Below, piece after piece: positions 51,230-64,000 of a DNA stretch of 64,000 nucleotides. The notes below the pieces were generated by a model. That model ran no database searches. It saw only the letters and a program-made list of their open reading frames with translations, and was not told the DNA's origin. The number at the start of each line of letters is the position of its first letter. The first letter of the stretch is position 1. Source of the DNA: Octopus vulgaris (taxonomy: Eukaryota). The stretch spans positions 18,352,001 through 18,416,000 of the forward strand of contig OX597815.1 in assembly GCA_951406725.2 (NCBI GenBank), written 5' to 3'. The translations under genes and the position numbers were made by a program.

Positions 51230-51539
51230 GTGGAGGCACGTGGCCTAGTGGTTAGAGCAGCGGACTCGCGGTCGAGGGATCGTGGGTTCGAATCTCCGAC
51301 CGGGCGATGTGTGTGTTTATGAAAGAAACACCTAAGTTGCACGCGGCTCCGGCAGAAGGTAATGGCGAAACTTCTGCTGATTCTTTCGCCACAACTTTCT
51401 CTCACTCTTTCCTACTGCATCTTGCAGCTCACTTGCGACGGACCGGCGTCCCGTATAGATGGGGAACCTATACGCCAAGGAAACCGGTGAAACCGGCCCT
51501 TATGAGCCAGGCATGGCTCGGGAAGGAACAAACAACAAA
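51230..51539 (+). mobile_element. SINE family B3
   Basis: TSD CATTAAATCATA (51218-51229, 51540-51551). Confidence 0.92.
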
Positions 51540-52556
51540 CATTAAATCATACCCTGCGTTTTGAAAAAAAAAAGAAATGACGCATTAGATAATGCAATCA
51601 GACATTCACTTAAAAAATAAATTACTTAGCGAGAGGGTCATGACTTGTACGTCTTTAATCATAACATCTAGATAAGAAACGGATGACCAAAAGCTAAAAA
51701 ATAACATTATTATCAGATGCGCATTCAACGAGAGAGCATTTGCGTGGTCGTTGAACTTGCTTGAAAAATCATTCACGTCTCCTTCATATTACATCCCACT
51801 GTCTTTTTGTTTTTCCTTTTCACAGGATACATTGTATATTGTAATCTGTGATTCAGTGTGTCTAAATCGGACCTAATATCACTGCTGCAGCGTTTTCTAC
51901 AAAATGTCTGAGCTCTCAGGCTGAATTTTAGACAAAACAACAAGCAAAAAATTGTATATTCAATTCCAAACTATTTCTTTCCTCCAAGACAGCTTCTTTT
52001 TTATTTTTAATAAATACTTTTTTAAAAATACATCTTTCTATTAAATTACAATCTCTGGCAAAACAGATAAAAAAATGTTACATTAATTCAATTTAATGGA
52101 AGTAATACGAATATTTTGCTTTGTATGTCTTGTAGGAGGTGAAATTCTGTGTAATTATACTAAATAAACGTTGTAAATTTCTTATCTTTAAAGTATACTG
52201 ACAGGATAGATGTACTATAACTTAAATAAAAGATTATAGCAATTATCCTGCTCACTTATATCTTATTATCATTTGATAAAAGTAGGTCTTTCTTTTAAAT
52301 ATCTCATTTATTGATACTTCAGTCGGCTTTCTCAATATTTTTATTCAGCTGTACTATAAGTACAACAGTATATGGGCATTATACATATATACAGAACGAT
52401 GCATGGTTAAGTGGTTCACTTCACAACCATCTGGTTTTCGATTTGGTCCTCCTGTGTGGCACCTTAGGCAAGTGACTTTTTGCATATACCAGGTCAACAA
52501 CTGCTCTGTAAATGTAGAACTGCGTTAAGTCAGCCCTGTGTGGCCAATAAAGAAAC

Positions 52557-52557
<1 letters not shown>

Positions 52558-52641
<84 letters not shown>

Positions 52642-52654
52642 AATCTATCTATCT
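52558..52654. repeat. (CTAT)n microsatellite
   Basis: Direct reading. Confidence 0.95.
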
Positions 52655-52810
52655 GACGACGATCTCGGGGCGAACCTGGGCGTCGACGAGGAATATCTAA
52701 CCCGCCTGTTCAAAACGACTTTCGGGCCGGGACCTGTGCACAAATTCCAGAGATCCCTGGCCCGGCAGTGCTATCGAGAAGCGTTAACCGTTCGGAATAA
52801 GCTCTACAGG
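52655..52810 (+). mobile_element. Tx1/L1-clade ORF2 fragment (zf-RVT region)
   Basis: GC-rich; DDDLGANLGVDEEYLTRLFKTTFGPGPVHKFQRSLARQCYREALTVRNKLYR resembles the zf-RVT-proximal region of Tx1 ORF2. Confidence 0.55.
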
Positions 52811-53050
52811 ATGGAAGAAGAAAATAGTATAGAGAAGAGAGTCGCATCAAAAAGGTGAAGATAAACTTACTTTGAAACAGATGCGTGGCGTTCAATTAAA
52901 TAATAAATAGTAAAGAATATATATATAGATATATGGCCGAAATAAGATTAAGATTAATGTAAAAAATAAATAACACTGAAGCAAAGTAACACCAAATATA
53001 TAGTGCGTGTGTTTTTATTGGCTAAACTGGCAAAATGACCATTCCTAAAT

Positions 53051-53104
<54 letters not shown>

Positions 53105-53112
<8 letters not shown>

Positions 53113-53702
53113 TTGTCATGGGTGATTCTTTATTGTCTTGGGATTCACGGTCAAACGGCTGGGTGGAATTGCGCGAAAAATTACACAGATGTGTAGAATG
53201 TTCCGGTGGTGATGCTGGGCTTTGTATTTTTTCATAGCTCTCATGGTTACCAAAATAATCTACTATAATAATACACTTGAATGAGATAGGAAGGGTTGAT
53301 GGATGAATAAGGAAGGAAGGGGTGATATCATACTTGGTAGTGGGATTATGAAAATGGTATGTTGAAACAAATAAATCAAACAGCGTTTCAACTCTGTGTG
53401 AATATATGTGTGTGTTTGTAAAAGGAGCGTATGTGAATGTGTGTGTGTGTACGGGTTCGGGCGCAATGAAAGTGGTATGGTTTATCTTTGTTCCCTTAAT
53501 ATTTGGGTTTATTTTTTGATTTGGTTGAATCTTGGTTCGTATTTTGGTAAGTCGGTTATTTTCATCGTCTTGACTGAAAAAAGGCCATTCTAAAACTGTT
53601 TTTCAATGTAAGCGTGACCAAACAAGTCGAATGCTTACACAGAGCCGGTTTTACAGCCATATCATCCAAACCGACCGGGTGAAACTGAGCTTAGCTGATA
53701 GT
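53105..53702 (+). mobile_element. Non-autonomous Helitron-like element, degenerate
   Basis: 5' CACGGTCAAACGGCTGGGTGGAATT..AAATTACACAGAT and 3' ACCGGGTGAAACTGAG..GATAGT resemble HelitronN termini (hairpin + CTAG). Confidence 0.45.
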
Positions 53703-53744
53703 ATATATATATATATATATATATATATACTACATATAGTATAT

Positions 53745-54119
53745 ATGGGTACAGGGCATCATCAACGGTTCAAACATGAAATAAGCAAACCAGCAGGTTA
53801 AATACATAAACGAGAAAAAATGGAGAACAGGACAAGTAAACACAGAAAAGGACTCTTCCCCTCTTTCTCTTTTTCCTACCTCTCACTCTCGTTGCTAACA
53901 CGTGACCATCGTCCATCTTTCTTTCCCTCACGTGACCATCTCTCTTTTCCTTCACGAACGGTCAAAAGAGCTGAGGTTTTTTTCTCTCCCTCTTCTATGT
54001 TTTCGGTTTACAAAAAAGTATTTCTCACAGCGTTCACTATTGTCCCCTCCTTTATGTATCTAACCCGTTTGTCTAAGTATTTCATGTTGTTTGAACCATT
54101 GGTGATGTCCTGTACCCAT
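53745..54119. mobile_element. Fold-back element in (TA)n with ~65-bp imperfect inverted ends
   Basis: ATGGGTACAGGGCATCATCAACGGTTCAAACA mirrored by TGTTTGAACCATTGGTGATGTCCTGTACCCAT. Confidence 0.7.
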
Positions 54120-54125
54120 ATATGA

Positions 54126-54174
<49 letters not shown>

Positions 54175-54271
54175 TAATAAAATATTAGGGAATAAATCCA
54201 AACTTACAGGGAAAAATCAGATTTAGGATTAAATCCAATTTTATAGTATAAATATATTATATTATATTATA

Positions 54272-54400
54272 TTAAATTAGAGATAAAACCACTATTAGGC
54301 AAATCAAACAATGAAAAACATAAGCCAATACATAAAATTAATTTAATTTATATTATTTTAAATATATATCAAAAGTATTAAAAGTTTAATGAAATTAACA
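54272..54400 (-). mobile_element. Terminal fragment of the 8878-9107 family
   Basis: TTAAATTAGAGATAAAACCACTATTAGGCAAATCAAACAATGAAAAAC is the inverse of about 9056-9103. Confidence 0.75.
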
Positions 54401-54423
54401 ATATATATATATATATTATTTAC

Positions 54424-54487
<64 letters not shown>

Positions 54488-54904
54488 TATATATATATAT
54501 ATATATATATTTAGATATATATATATATATGTTATTTTTTGTCAATTCCAACTATATATATAGAAACAAAAGTAAAAATGAAATTTCAAGTGAGGTTAAA
54601 CCGGAAGACTGTTACAGGTTGTGGAGAGTTTTAATAGTTTAGGAACTAATTTTCAGTTGATGAGTACAAACATTGTAGAAACAGGGCGTGTTAATTCCCA
54701 GAGTTGAAGAAGTGTATTTGTTCGATGTTATACATAAGAAGAAATGTCCTTGTTGATACTCTATCTGTACGCACTTTTAGACGAGTTCCATTATATTGTG
54801 TGTGTGTAGGGGGGGGGGGTTGTCTGGAATTAGTTTATCAAAGCTTACTTAGGTATTTTGGGTCATATGTGTGTGTGGCTGCGTTTGAGTGTCTGCGTGA
54901 AAAC

Positions 54905-54944
<40 letters not shown>

Positions 54945-54950
<6 letters not shown>

Positions 54951-55471
54951 TTAGAGACAAAACCACTATTAGGCAAATCAAACAATGAAAAACTTAAGCC
55001 AATACATATGATTAATTTATATTATTTAAATATGTAACAAAATTATTAAAAAAATATAATTAATATCACACTACGATCGTTTCAAGCCTGTTGTCTTCAA
55101 ATTTTTGAGTCGCAGTCATTCATCAGGTGGTTTAAATATTTTTCTTGGCGAGGTTTAAACAATTTATATAAATTAGAAAAAAAAACCCACCTTTTATCAA
55201 TTCAATAATGAACAATTAAATTATACCATTTACAAAAATTACTTTTTATAGAAAGATTAAATATAAGATAACACATATAACAATGATTAAGTAAAGTGTA
55301 TATATTTGGTAGAATAACAAAAATATTAACTTTATAATTTCTTTAAAAGATATGGTTTAAGTATTACTATTTATAATGAGAACTATAATGTTAATTATTT
55401 AGATGTTAATTTTAATTTAATAACGGGTAAAACCCAACCATTCCATAAAATTAATGAAAATCTCAGATATA

Positions 55472-55475
<4 letters not shown>
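54945..55475 (-). mobile_element. Longer copy of the 8878-9107 family with hammerhead-like motif (55069-55129)
   Basis: Minus strand CAC-CTGATGA-...-GAAA-CGATCG-TA-GTG; bounded by (TA)n on both sides. Confidence 0.65.
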
Positions 55476-55538
<63 letters not shown>

Positions 55539-55625
55539 TAATGTAGGATAATATTTTCTTCCGAAAAAAATTTTTTTATCAATGGCCAGCATATCGAAAA
55601 ATACCTTTAAAGATTAAATTTATAA

Positions 55626-55723
55626 AAGACTTATAAAATAAGGGCAAAAATGGTTATTGACATTTTTTTCTTTTTTCGGTATATTTGGCATTAGAATTTT
55701 TCTTTTGCCCTTATTTTATAAGT

Positions 55724-55726
<3 letters not shown>
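55626..55726. repeat. Perfect 24-bp inverted repeat next to (TA)n
   Basis: AAGACTTATAAAATAAGGGCAAAA (55626-55649) / TTTTGCCCTTATTTTATAAGTCTT (55703-55726). Confidence 0.85.
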
Positions 55727-55794
<68 letters not shown>

Positions 55795-58127
55795 ACGTAC
55801 TTAATTACTCTATGTATTTATGTATGTATATGCTTACGTCTGTAAGTTCCTATGATGAATAACTGTGTGCTAGATAATTTCAATCGGATGACGGTAGATA
55901 ATTCCACTTGTCTAACTGAAATATACCGAAAATATAGGATTTTGTGAAGCATCTTCCATCTCACAATCATCTAGTCTGCAGATTCTATACGCTTCATAGC
56001 CTGAATTTTTTTCAGGGTTATATTTTAGTTCTATTTATATATGATTTACACATATGGATACTAGTTGTGTGCATACGGATGGCAACACTTGTCTGGATAG
56101 ATTCTGGGGTTATGTAACAAAAATGATATTTTTCCTATAGAAGTCGTTTGTGACGTAGAAGTTTTTGTTAAATAAAGGAGAGGAATTTGGTTGTTGGCAG
56201 TGGATATAATCGTTTACATAGAGCTAGTTCTCGAATGCTACTTCTCTAGAAGATCTACGAAGATCAAGGCTTAAACAGGCTTAACTAAATCCGTGTGTTA
56301 TTCTATCCACAGTTCAACTGATTCTCTCAAGATTCCCCATCATAATAAGTACTCAATAATCTCGAGCTCCATACTTTAAATGTTGAAGGATTTGGTATAT
56401 TATAGCTTAAACACTGAAGTTAATTAAGAAACTTATTTCTGAATAGATTAGTCAAGAAGAAATGTGTCACCCCATAAATATTATTTACCGCGGCTCTGAG
56501 ACTGAAAATGGGAAAGTATTTCTCATGAATGATCCTCTAACCACGCTAAAATCGCCCAGTGTTCCGAAGATGGTATAAAACATGGTGACTAATTGTTTCC
56601 ATCACCTAAGAAGAGATAAATCTTATCCGGCAGACTTCCGGCGAGTTTCTGTCAACCAAATTTCAATTACAAATTTGTGACAGAAGACACACGACCAAGC
56701 TGCAGGGGTTAGGCATCGAATCCCAGATCACGTGATTGCTAACTTCTTAACGATCCAGCTATAACTACACTCACAAATTAAGCTCAGCCATTAAAATATT
56801 TTTTACGTGTTTAACCTTTCCATTCTATAATTAATGAGAATTTGTTTCAGTTGTTTGCTTCTACAACAAAAGAATTGCTATAAAATATGACTTAACAACT
56901 CTGTTTAATGTTCGCAGATCTCCGTAAATCACCGACTGCTTTTTTTTTTATAATTTTAACTGCTACGTTATATTTACACGATGTATTTCATGCAACCTGC
57001 AAAATGATGATAATAGGATTCAAACTATTCTAATATTTATGTGTAATCGGTGGAGCTGTTGGCTATTTTTTTCCTCGGAAACCAAATGCCTTTTTCTTTG
57101 TTCCGTTTTGATAAAGAAACATCATATTTCACGTGATTTGATCGACGATTACCACGTTCATTAAAGGTAATGGTGTGGCAGAATTGGTAGCTAACCACGC
57201 TGCTTTCCTTGTAGCATTGTACTCAATCCTTTTACATAGTGAGTTCGGATTCTGCTTGAGGTAACTTTTCTATCCTCACTCTGGGTTCAAAAATATCGAC
57301 GCTTGTCGTTTTTGTTGTTTCGCCCTGGTCGAACCCGACACAGCAGATTTATGATTTATGAACCAATCTTACTTTCGTGAAGTGAGGTAGAAGATAGCGC
57401 ATTTGTTCAGACTGTTGAGGGATACTTGAAAATTTCCGCCACCAACCAATTCACTTATCAGAATAGGTGTTGCGTGGAAGTTAGAAACCAAAATAATTAC
57501 ATACAATATGTGAGAAGTAAATTTGTGAATAACACTGATTCCTGAGTTAAACCAGTCGAAAGTGTGGGGAACAAATATAATTTGTAATTATGGGAACAAT
57601 ACGATGGAAATTTGTTTAGTGGCGTTAGTAACTAGTTCTAGGCACTGGTATATAATGCAATTCTCCATGGTGGTATATATCTGCGAATACTTCTGACGAA
57701 AGTAGACATACAAAACAGCTACAAACTTTCAAAAATATAAAATGAGTTATTAAAAATGCATTTATATTTAATTGTGTTTGACTCTTGTTACCAGGTTTTA
57801 AAACTCTGGCGGAGAAAACTTACTGAAAGGCGAACTAATTGAAGTATTTCAGTGTCTGACAAAATGCTTTGCGGCATTCATTCAGGCTCCCACCTTCATC
57901 TTCCTGGAGTCGATAAAGTAATTACCTGCAAGGGACTGTCCGAATCCAGAATAGCTAGAACGTTAAACAGAAAAACTTGCAGCGTTTATTCAGGCTTTTC
58001 GAGTTTTGAGCTCGAATCTTACCGTGTAAGGTTTAATCCATCGATCGGTTTAATACCATCGCCTCACCCTTGGATGCATTTAGTAGAGTCCATTTTGTTA
58101 CAAGTAGTCAAGTCAGGTATTCCGTTT

Positions 58128-58177
<50 letters not shown>

Positions 58178-58369
58178 TCCATCAGTTTCGAGGTTTCTGA
58201 AAATTGTAATGGACACTACCTACATCCTTTTTGAACGATAAAGATTTGTTTTGACGAATATCTGAATCAAGCTATTTGAGTTCAATATATTTTCAAAAGT
58301 TACTTATATGTGGTAGGGAGAGACAAAGTTTGTTTGAAATCACATTGACTGGAGTTTCTTCGTAACATG

Positions 58370-59186
58370 GACAATATGGAAACCAAGTTTCCTCAAACTG
58401 CGATGGTCTTTGGGGGTGCCTTCATGAGTGTGGCTTGAGGCTGCCCCACATCTTGGAACAGAGCTTTAGGTGAAGTTCAGACGGCTACGTGAAGCCGCTA
58501 GAGATTGTAGTCAATCCAGCTGCAACCTTCTCCAGAAGGTTACAGCTAGAAGGCCGACATCATGACTGCAGCTCAATACTTTGCGAATACTGTAAAGGCT
58601 GTAAAACGTGACATGGACAGCTGCGAAGGAGACAGGCGAGTCATGGCCAGAAGGAAAAGACACAGCAGGCGCTCTACTCCATTCACACGCCGGAGTTCGC
58701 CCAACATCTTTGAACAGGGTCTTAGGTTCAATTCAGACGGCTATTTGAAGCTGCTAGAGACTGTGCATCAAACCTTATATGTATCCTTATATGTAGAAGC
58801 AAGATTCTGCTCCTTACCATACCTCAGGAAAGCGTCAGAGAATTTCTATGACTTCACCGGCCCCAATTTCTGGCCTGCGAATTCCTCCGATTGTACTTCT
58901 TTAGGTTACTACGTGAGGGGCTCGGCTGAGTAAAACACCAACCATTCTGCCTGATACACTAAGGCCAAGCCTATAGCCAAGATCAAGATGTTTGAAGATC
59001 TTCCCAGGGATACAGTGAAAACCGTATACCCCATGTTCCTCAGCTGTCTTCTGGCCGTGGTGGAAGCTGAGGGCTATAATCCTCCAACCACAACCTAGTT
59101 GATATTTCTATTTTCCCCTTTTTAGATATTTTTGATTCTGAATGTGGCATTGTGAAAGATCTAAAATTTAGTCCGAACACCCTGTA
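58370..59186 (+). mobile_element. maT-like Tc1/mariner transposon, decayed 3' part
   Basis: IFEQGLRFNSDGYLKLLETV..NFYDFTGPNFWPANSSDCTSLGYYVRG; 3' end TTTAGTCCGAACACCTGTA; same family as 44760-45481. Confidence 0.75.
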
Positions 59187-60394
59187 TTATTGTAGGAAAA
59201 GAAATTAATACTAAAGTCCTTGAACAAATCATAGATATCACCACATGTTCTAAAATCTTGTTCGGAAATATTTTGTGCAGCTAAATCCTGGGTAGAATAA
59301 AGAATTACTTTTTCGCAAATTAAAAGATATCTAGAATACAACAGTAAAGGATTTTTAGTAGGCATTTCTGGAAGGTGGCTTTCTGATGCAGAGGAACTCA
59401 TGTTTTATTTATCAAAATAACAAATAATGTTCAACAATGAAACCGGCTATTTAGCACACCTACACATATAAAAACACATACATACAAACACACCATTAAT
59501 TATGTATATAGATATATTTGCTTCTCCATAATTTAAATGGGGTTCTTCAGCATACCGAGACAACTGCTCGTAAATAAAGTTTGGCAGGCGGAAACTTTGC
59601 ACAAGTCTGTCGGATGTATGTCTTTATGTATCTTTATGTGAGTACAGGTGTGTATACTTGTGTATATATGTGTGTATGTACGCCAGGGCTTACCTAGAAA
59701 TGTGGTGTATTTGTTTAAACCAGCAACTCTTCATAATTTCCGCTAGAGATTTGTACCATAGACAAATGATAAGCAATTCTATGTGGAGAAGAAGTGACAT
59801 TCAAGCATTTACGCACACATTCACGCAGTTACTCAAACAAAACAAAAACGAACACACACACACACATACATATGCACTCACATACGTACACAGATGTACA
59901 CACATAAAGAAGCATCTTCTCAGATTCTGGGCTAATTAAATTTCTTAATTTTTTCCGTAAATTACTGAACGAGTCTCAGCCATAACGTAACCTTCGTTGT
60001 GTTCCATTTCTGTGCAACGTCCCAGTGGATTAATCAAAATATCATAACTCACGCTCAAAGAACACTTATTTCAAAGTGTTGCACTAAATCAATTTAAAGC
60101 TCTATCAGGTGTTTCAGTCGGAATAAATACAATTAGACTGACAGAAAAATAATTAAATAAAAATACATGTAAAAAAAAAAAAAAAAGAACAAGAACCAAA
60201 ATGCTATTTTGAAAATTACAAGTTTACCATCACAAATCGATATTCACCTGAGCAAAGCAGGCATGAAGAATATACTTAAAGGTGTCACTGTATACGGTAA
60301 ATGTGTATTGCAGAATTTCACCATGAAACTCTATTAATAACGCCAACTCTGTACTTATGTATCTATGTATGCCTGGCTTCCTTCCCACACACTA

Positions 60395-60439
<45 letters not shown>

Positions 60440-61442
60440 GATATATATATATATATGCATATACGTATATATACTTATGTTTATATCTATCTCTCTATCT
60501 ATATATATCTAATATGCATATATATTTGTATTTATTATATATAGGATATACATATCATATTATGTATATAATACATAATGAATATATATAAATATAATAT
60601 ATGTTATATGTATGCATGTGTCCGAGCGTAAGGTGTGTGTATATATATATATATATATACATATATATATACATATATATATGTACATATATATATATAT
60701 ACATATATATGTGTGTATATATATGTGCATGTGTGCGTATACTTTATATATATATATATATCTATATATATATATATATGCATACATGTGTGTGTGTGTA
60801 TGTGTGTGTGTGTGTGTTTGGCCTCAGCCTGTTGGGTCTGATCGTGCTGGTTTAGCGCCAACAAATTTCGAGCAACAACAGGCTCATTGACGAGACGAGA
60901 ACCACATATCTATTGCAAATACAGAGATGTTACACATACGAAACCACACTCACACATACACACACACAGAGATACACGCACGAATACACTTTCAGTATGC
61001 ACGTTTCTGAGACATTTTCATAGTCTTTATAATAAATGTCAGTTATATATATGTATATAAACATAACTTTACATACATATATATATATAAAATATCTTGC
61101 AAAATTTTATTTAGGAGCGTGTGTGCATGAGTATCTGTCTGTGTGTGTGTTTTTCTTTAAAAGAGTCTATAAAAATGTCAGAAACGTGAATGCCAAACTA
61201 ATAGAGATGGTTATATTCATTGAATGGGAGAACGGGGCAATCTGTACACGGTCACCCACTTTGCTAGAAATAACAGTGGAGAGAATTCCAACAAATCATG
61301 ATGTTACCCTCTTTTAACCACCCACGTCATTAGGGAAATCCAAGACACACTAAACTAGTAAGGTGAGCGCGGTGGCTGAGAAACCATTTAGCAATTTCAA
61401 ACTCAATCATGGCTTATTTAGTACTACGCACCTACAATAACT

Positions 61443-61677
61443 TTTTATTTCTTTACTGCCCGCAAGGGGCTAAACACAGAGGGGACAAACAAGGACAGAC
61501 AAACGGGTTAAGTCGATTAGATCGACCCCAGTGCGTAACAGGTACTTAATTTATCGACCCCGAAAGGATGAAAGGCAAAGTCGACCTCGGCGGAATTTGA
61601 ACTCAGAACCTAACGGCAGACGAAATACGGCTACGCATTTCGCCCGGCCGGCGTGCTAACGTTTCTGCCAGCTCACC
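61443..61677 (-). mobile_element. SINE family C
   Basis: Inverse near-identical copy of 39710-39951. Confidence 0.9.
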
Positions 61678-61779
61678 TAGCGCTATTGTAATTGTGGTAG
61701 CGCCTTTATTGTATCATTCGACCTGCTAGAAATAACCAATGGCTCTACATGTGAAATGGCAGCAACAGATGACAAATGA

Positions 61780-62090
61780 ATGTCTTTATGGAGACCTGCG
61801 CGAATGTTAGCGAGTAGATCAAGCAAAGACAGCTGAGGTTATATGGTCACTGCATGCGCCACTCTGGAATGGAAGCATCCAAATTAGTCCTGTGGAACCC
61901 ACTTCATGGTGATTGCCAGAAGAGGAAAACGTCGTCACACTTATATCGACAACTTGATTGCAGACACTGACCTGGAATGTATCCAGGACCCCGAGCCAGT
62001 GATGATGGACCAAAAAGTGTGTGACTGGGTTTGTTGCTGTGGACCGGGCTGGAACGCGCCCATAAAAATAAAATAGAAATAAATAAATTC
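61780..62090 (+). mobile_element. RTE-clade LINE 3' fragment
   Basis: IKQRQLRLYGHCMRH..ASKLVLWNP..RGKRRHTYIDNL..MMDQKV; (AAATA)n tail. Confidence 0.75.
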
Positions 62091-62104
62091 TTTATAAATA
62101 GAAA

Positions 62105-62620
62105 GTAAGGTGAGGAGGGTAGTGTTGGAGAGGTAAGGGTAAGTGCAGCAGCGCGGGCAGGAGCAGAGCAACGAGCCGGGTGGGGAAGTTGGTTTAGGCA
62201 AGTAGCTGTGGACCAAGAGGTCTCGTAGGCTGTGGGCTCGTCTGAAGGAGAGGAGGGGTCGGTTAGGGAGGATGTGCGAAGTAGAGGGTCGGACTGGAGT
62301 CGGAGAATGGTGCGTTGGAGAGGTAGGGTGGTGGGGTGGTAGGTGAGGGGACATGGGAGACAAGAGACGGCGGGGTGGGTGCGGGGCTAGAGAGCAGATA
62401 CACGGTCTACGGAACGTGCTCTGTCAAGGACGGTGTGGGTAGTGGTGATGGGATATCCACGTAGGATGAAGTGGCGAGCCATGAGTTGAGACTGAGTGTG
62501 AGTTGAGTAATAAGTGTGAGTCTGTGTGTTTGTAGTGATGGAGGTGGTGAGATTGGAGTGATGAATGTTGACCGAAATGTCAAGAAAGAGACAGATCTGT
62601 GAGAGATAGTGGAGGAGAAG
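62105..62620 (-). mobile_element. Penelope-like element ORF fragment (RT C-terminus + Cys-rich linker, Neptune-like)
   Basis: FLDISVNIHHSNLTTSI and RPLLSFRRAHSLRDLLVHSYLP..CSCPRCCTYPYL match the PLE RT thumb and the linker before GIY-YIG. Confidence 0.75.
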
Positions 62621-62667
62621 TGGAGGGCACACACATACATACATACATACATATACATACATATATG

Positions 62668-63605
<938 letters not shown>

Positions 63606-64000
63606 ACGCATAGGCACCCACACACTGTATTGTACAAAACATGAAGTACCCTGTCAATCTGCCTCGACTACAATGTAGTGCACACATGGCATCAAGAGGA
63701 AGAGTTTGTATGAAACTATCATTTTGAAAAATACTTCATATATCTAAGTCTTATATGTTGTCTCTCTGAAGTTAACCGTTTCTATTCAGTCTCTCTTGCT
63801 ACCTTTAACAGCTATAACACACAAGCAGGTCAAACTTCTTATCTTTCGGTTTTATTATGACGTTAATATATCATGAAAGATTAAATAATGGCTGCTATTG
63901 GCAAACTTCCGCGTACTCTAATCATTCTATTGACATAACAGACTGTTTTGCCGAAAGCTACACAGTGACAAAATTGGATTCCTTTGCATCATAATGGGGT

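Noticed and set aside
59168-59401. 77-aa ATG-initiated ORF
   Set aside because: Runs into a transposon TIR; no recognisable homology

Overview
AT-rich eukaryotic (animal) non-coding DNA, packed with microsatellites and transposable-element debris. The SINE families look like those of octopus genomes (Octopus spp.); this is recognition from memory, not a database result. I found no convincing host protein-coding gene. Almost all ORFs in the track are microsatellite or SINE read-through, or decayed TE fragments: mariner, maT-like Tc1, R4/Dong, RTE, CR1-like, Tx1 and Penelope-like. The most interesting signal is five minimal type-I hammerhead-ribozyme (HHR) motifs with palindromic stem III, the Penelope-type dimer-forming kind, belonging to about four repeat families. 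Four of the motifs sit at (TA)n tracts. The fifth lies in an element with a tRNA-derived Pol III head, i.e. an apparent tRNA-head + hammerhead SINE. Other notable signals are putative SINE/LINE partnerships via shared 3' tails (Tx1-like and CR1-like), a Tx1-like family associated with (CTAT)n, modular tail swapping among SINEs, fold-back elements in (TA)n, and a TTAA-flanked 241-bp hairpin MITE. Boundaries were read by eye and may be off by some bases, especially for degenerate copies.
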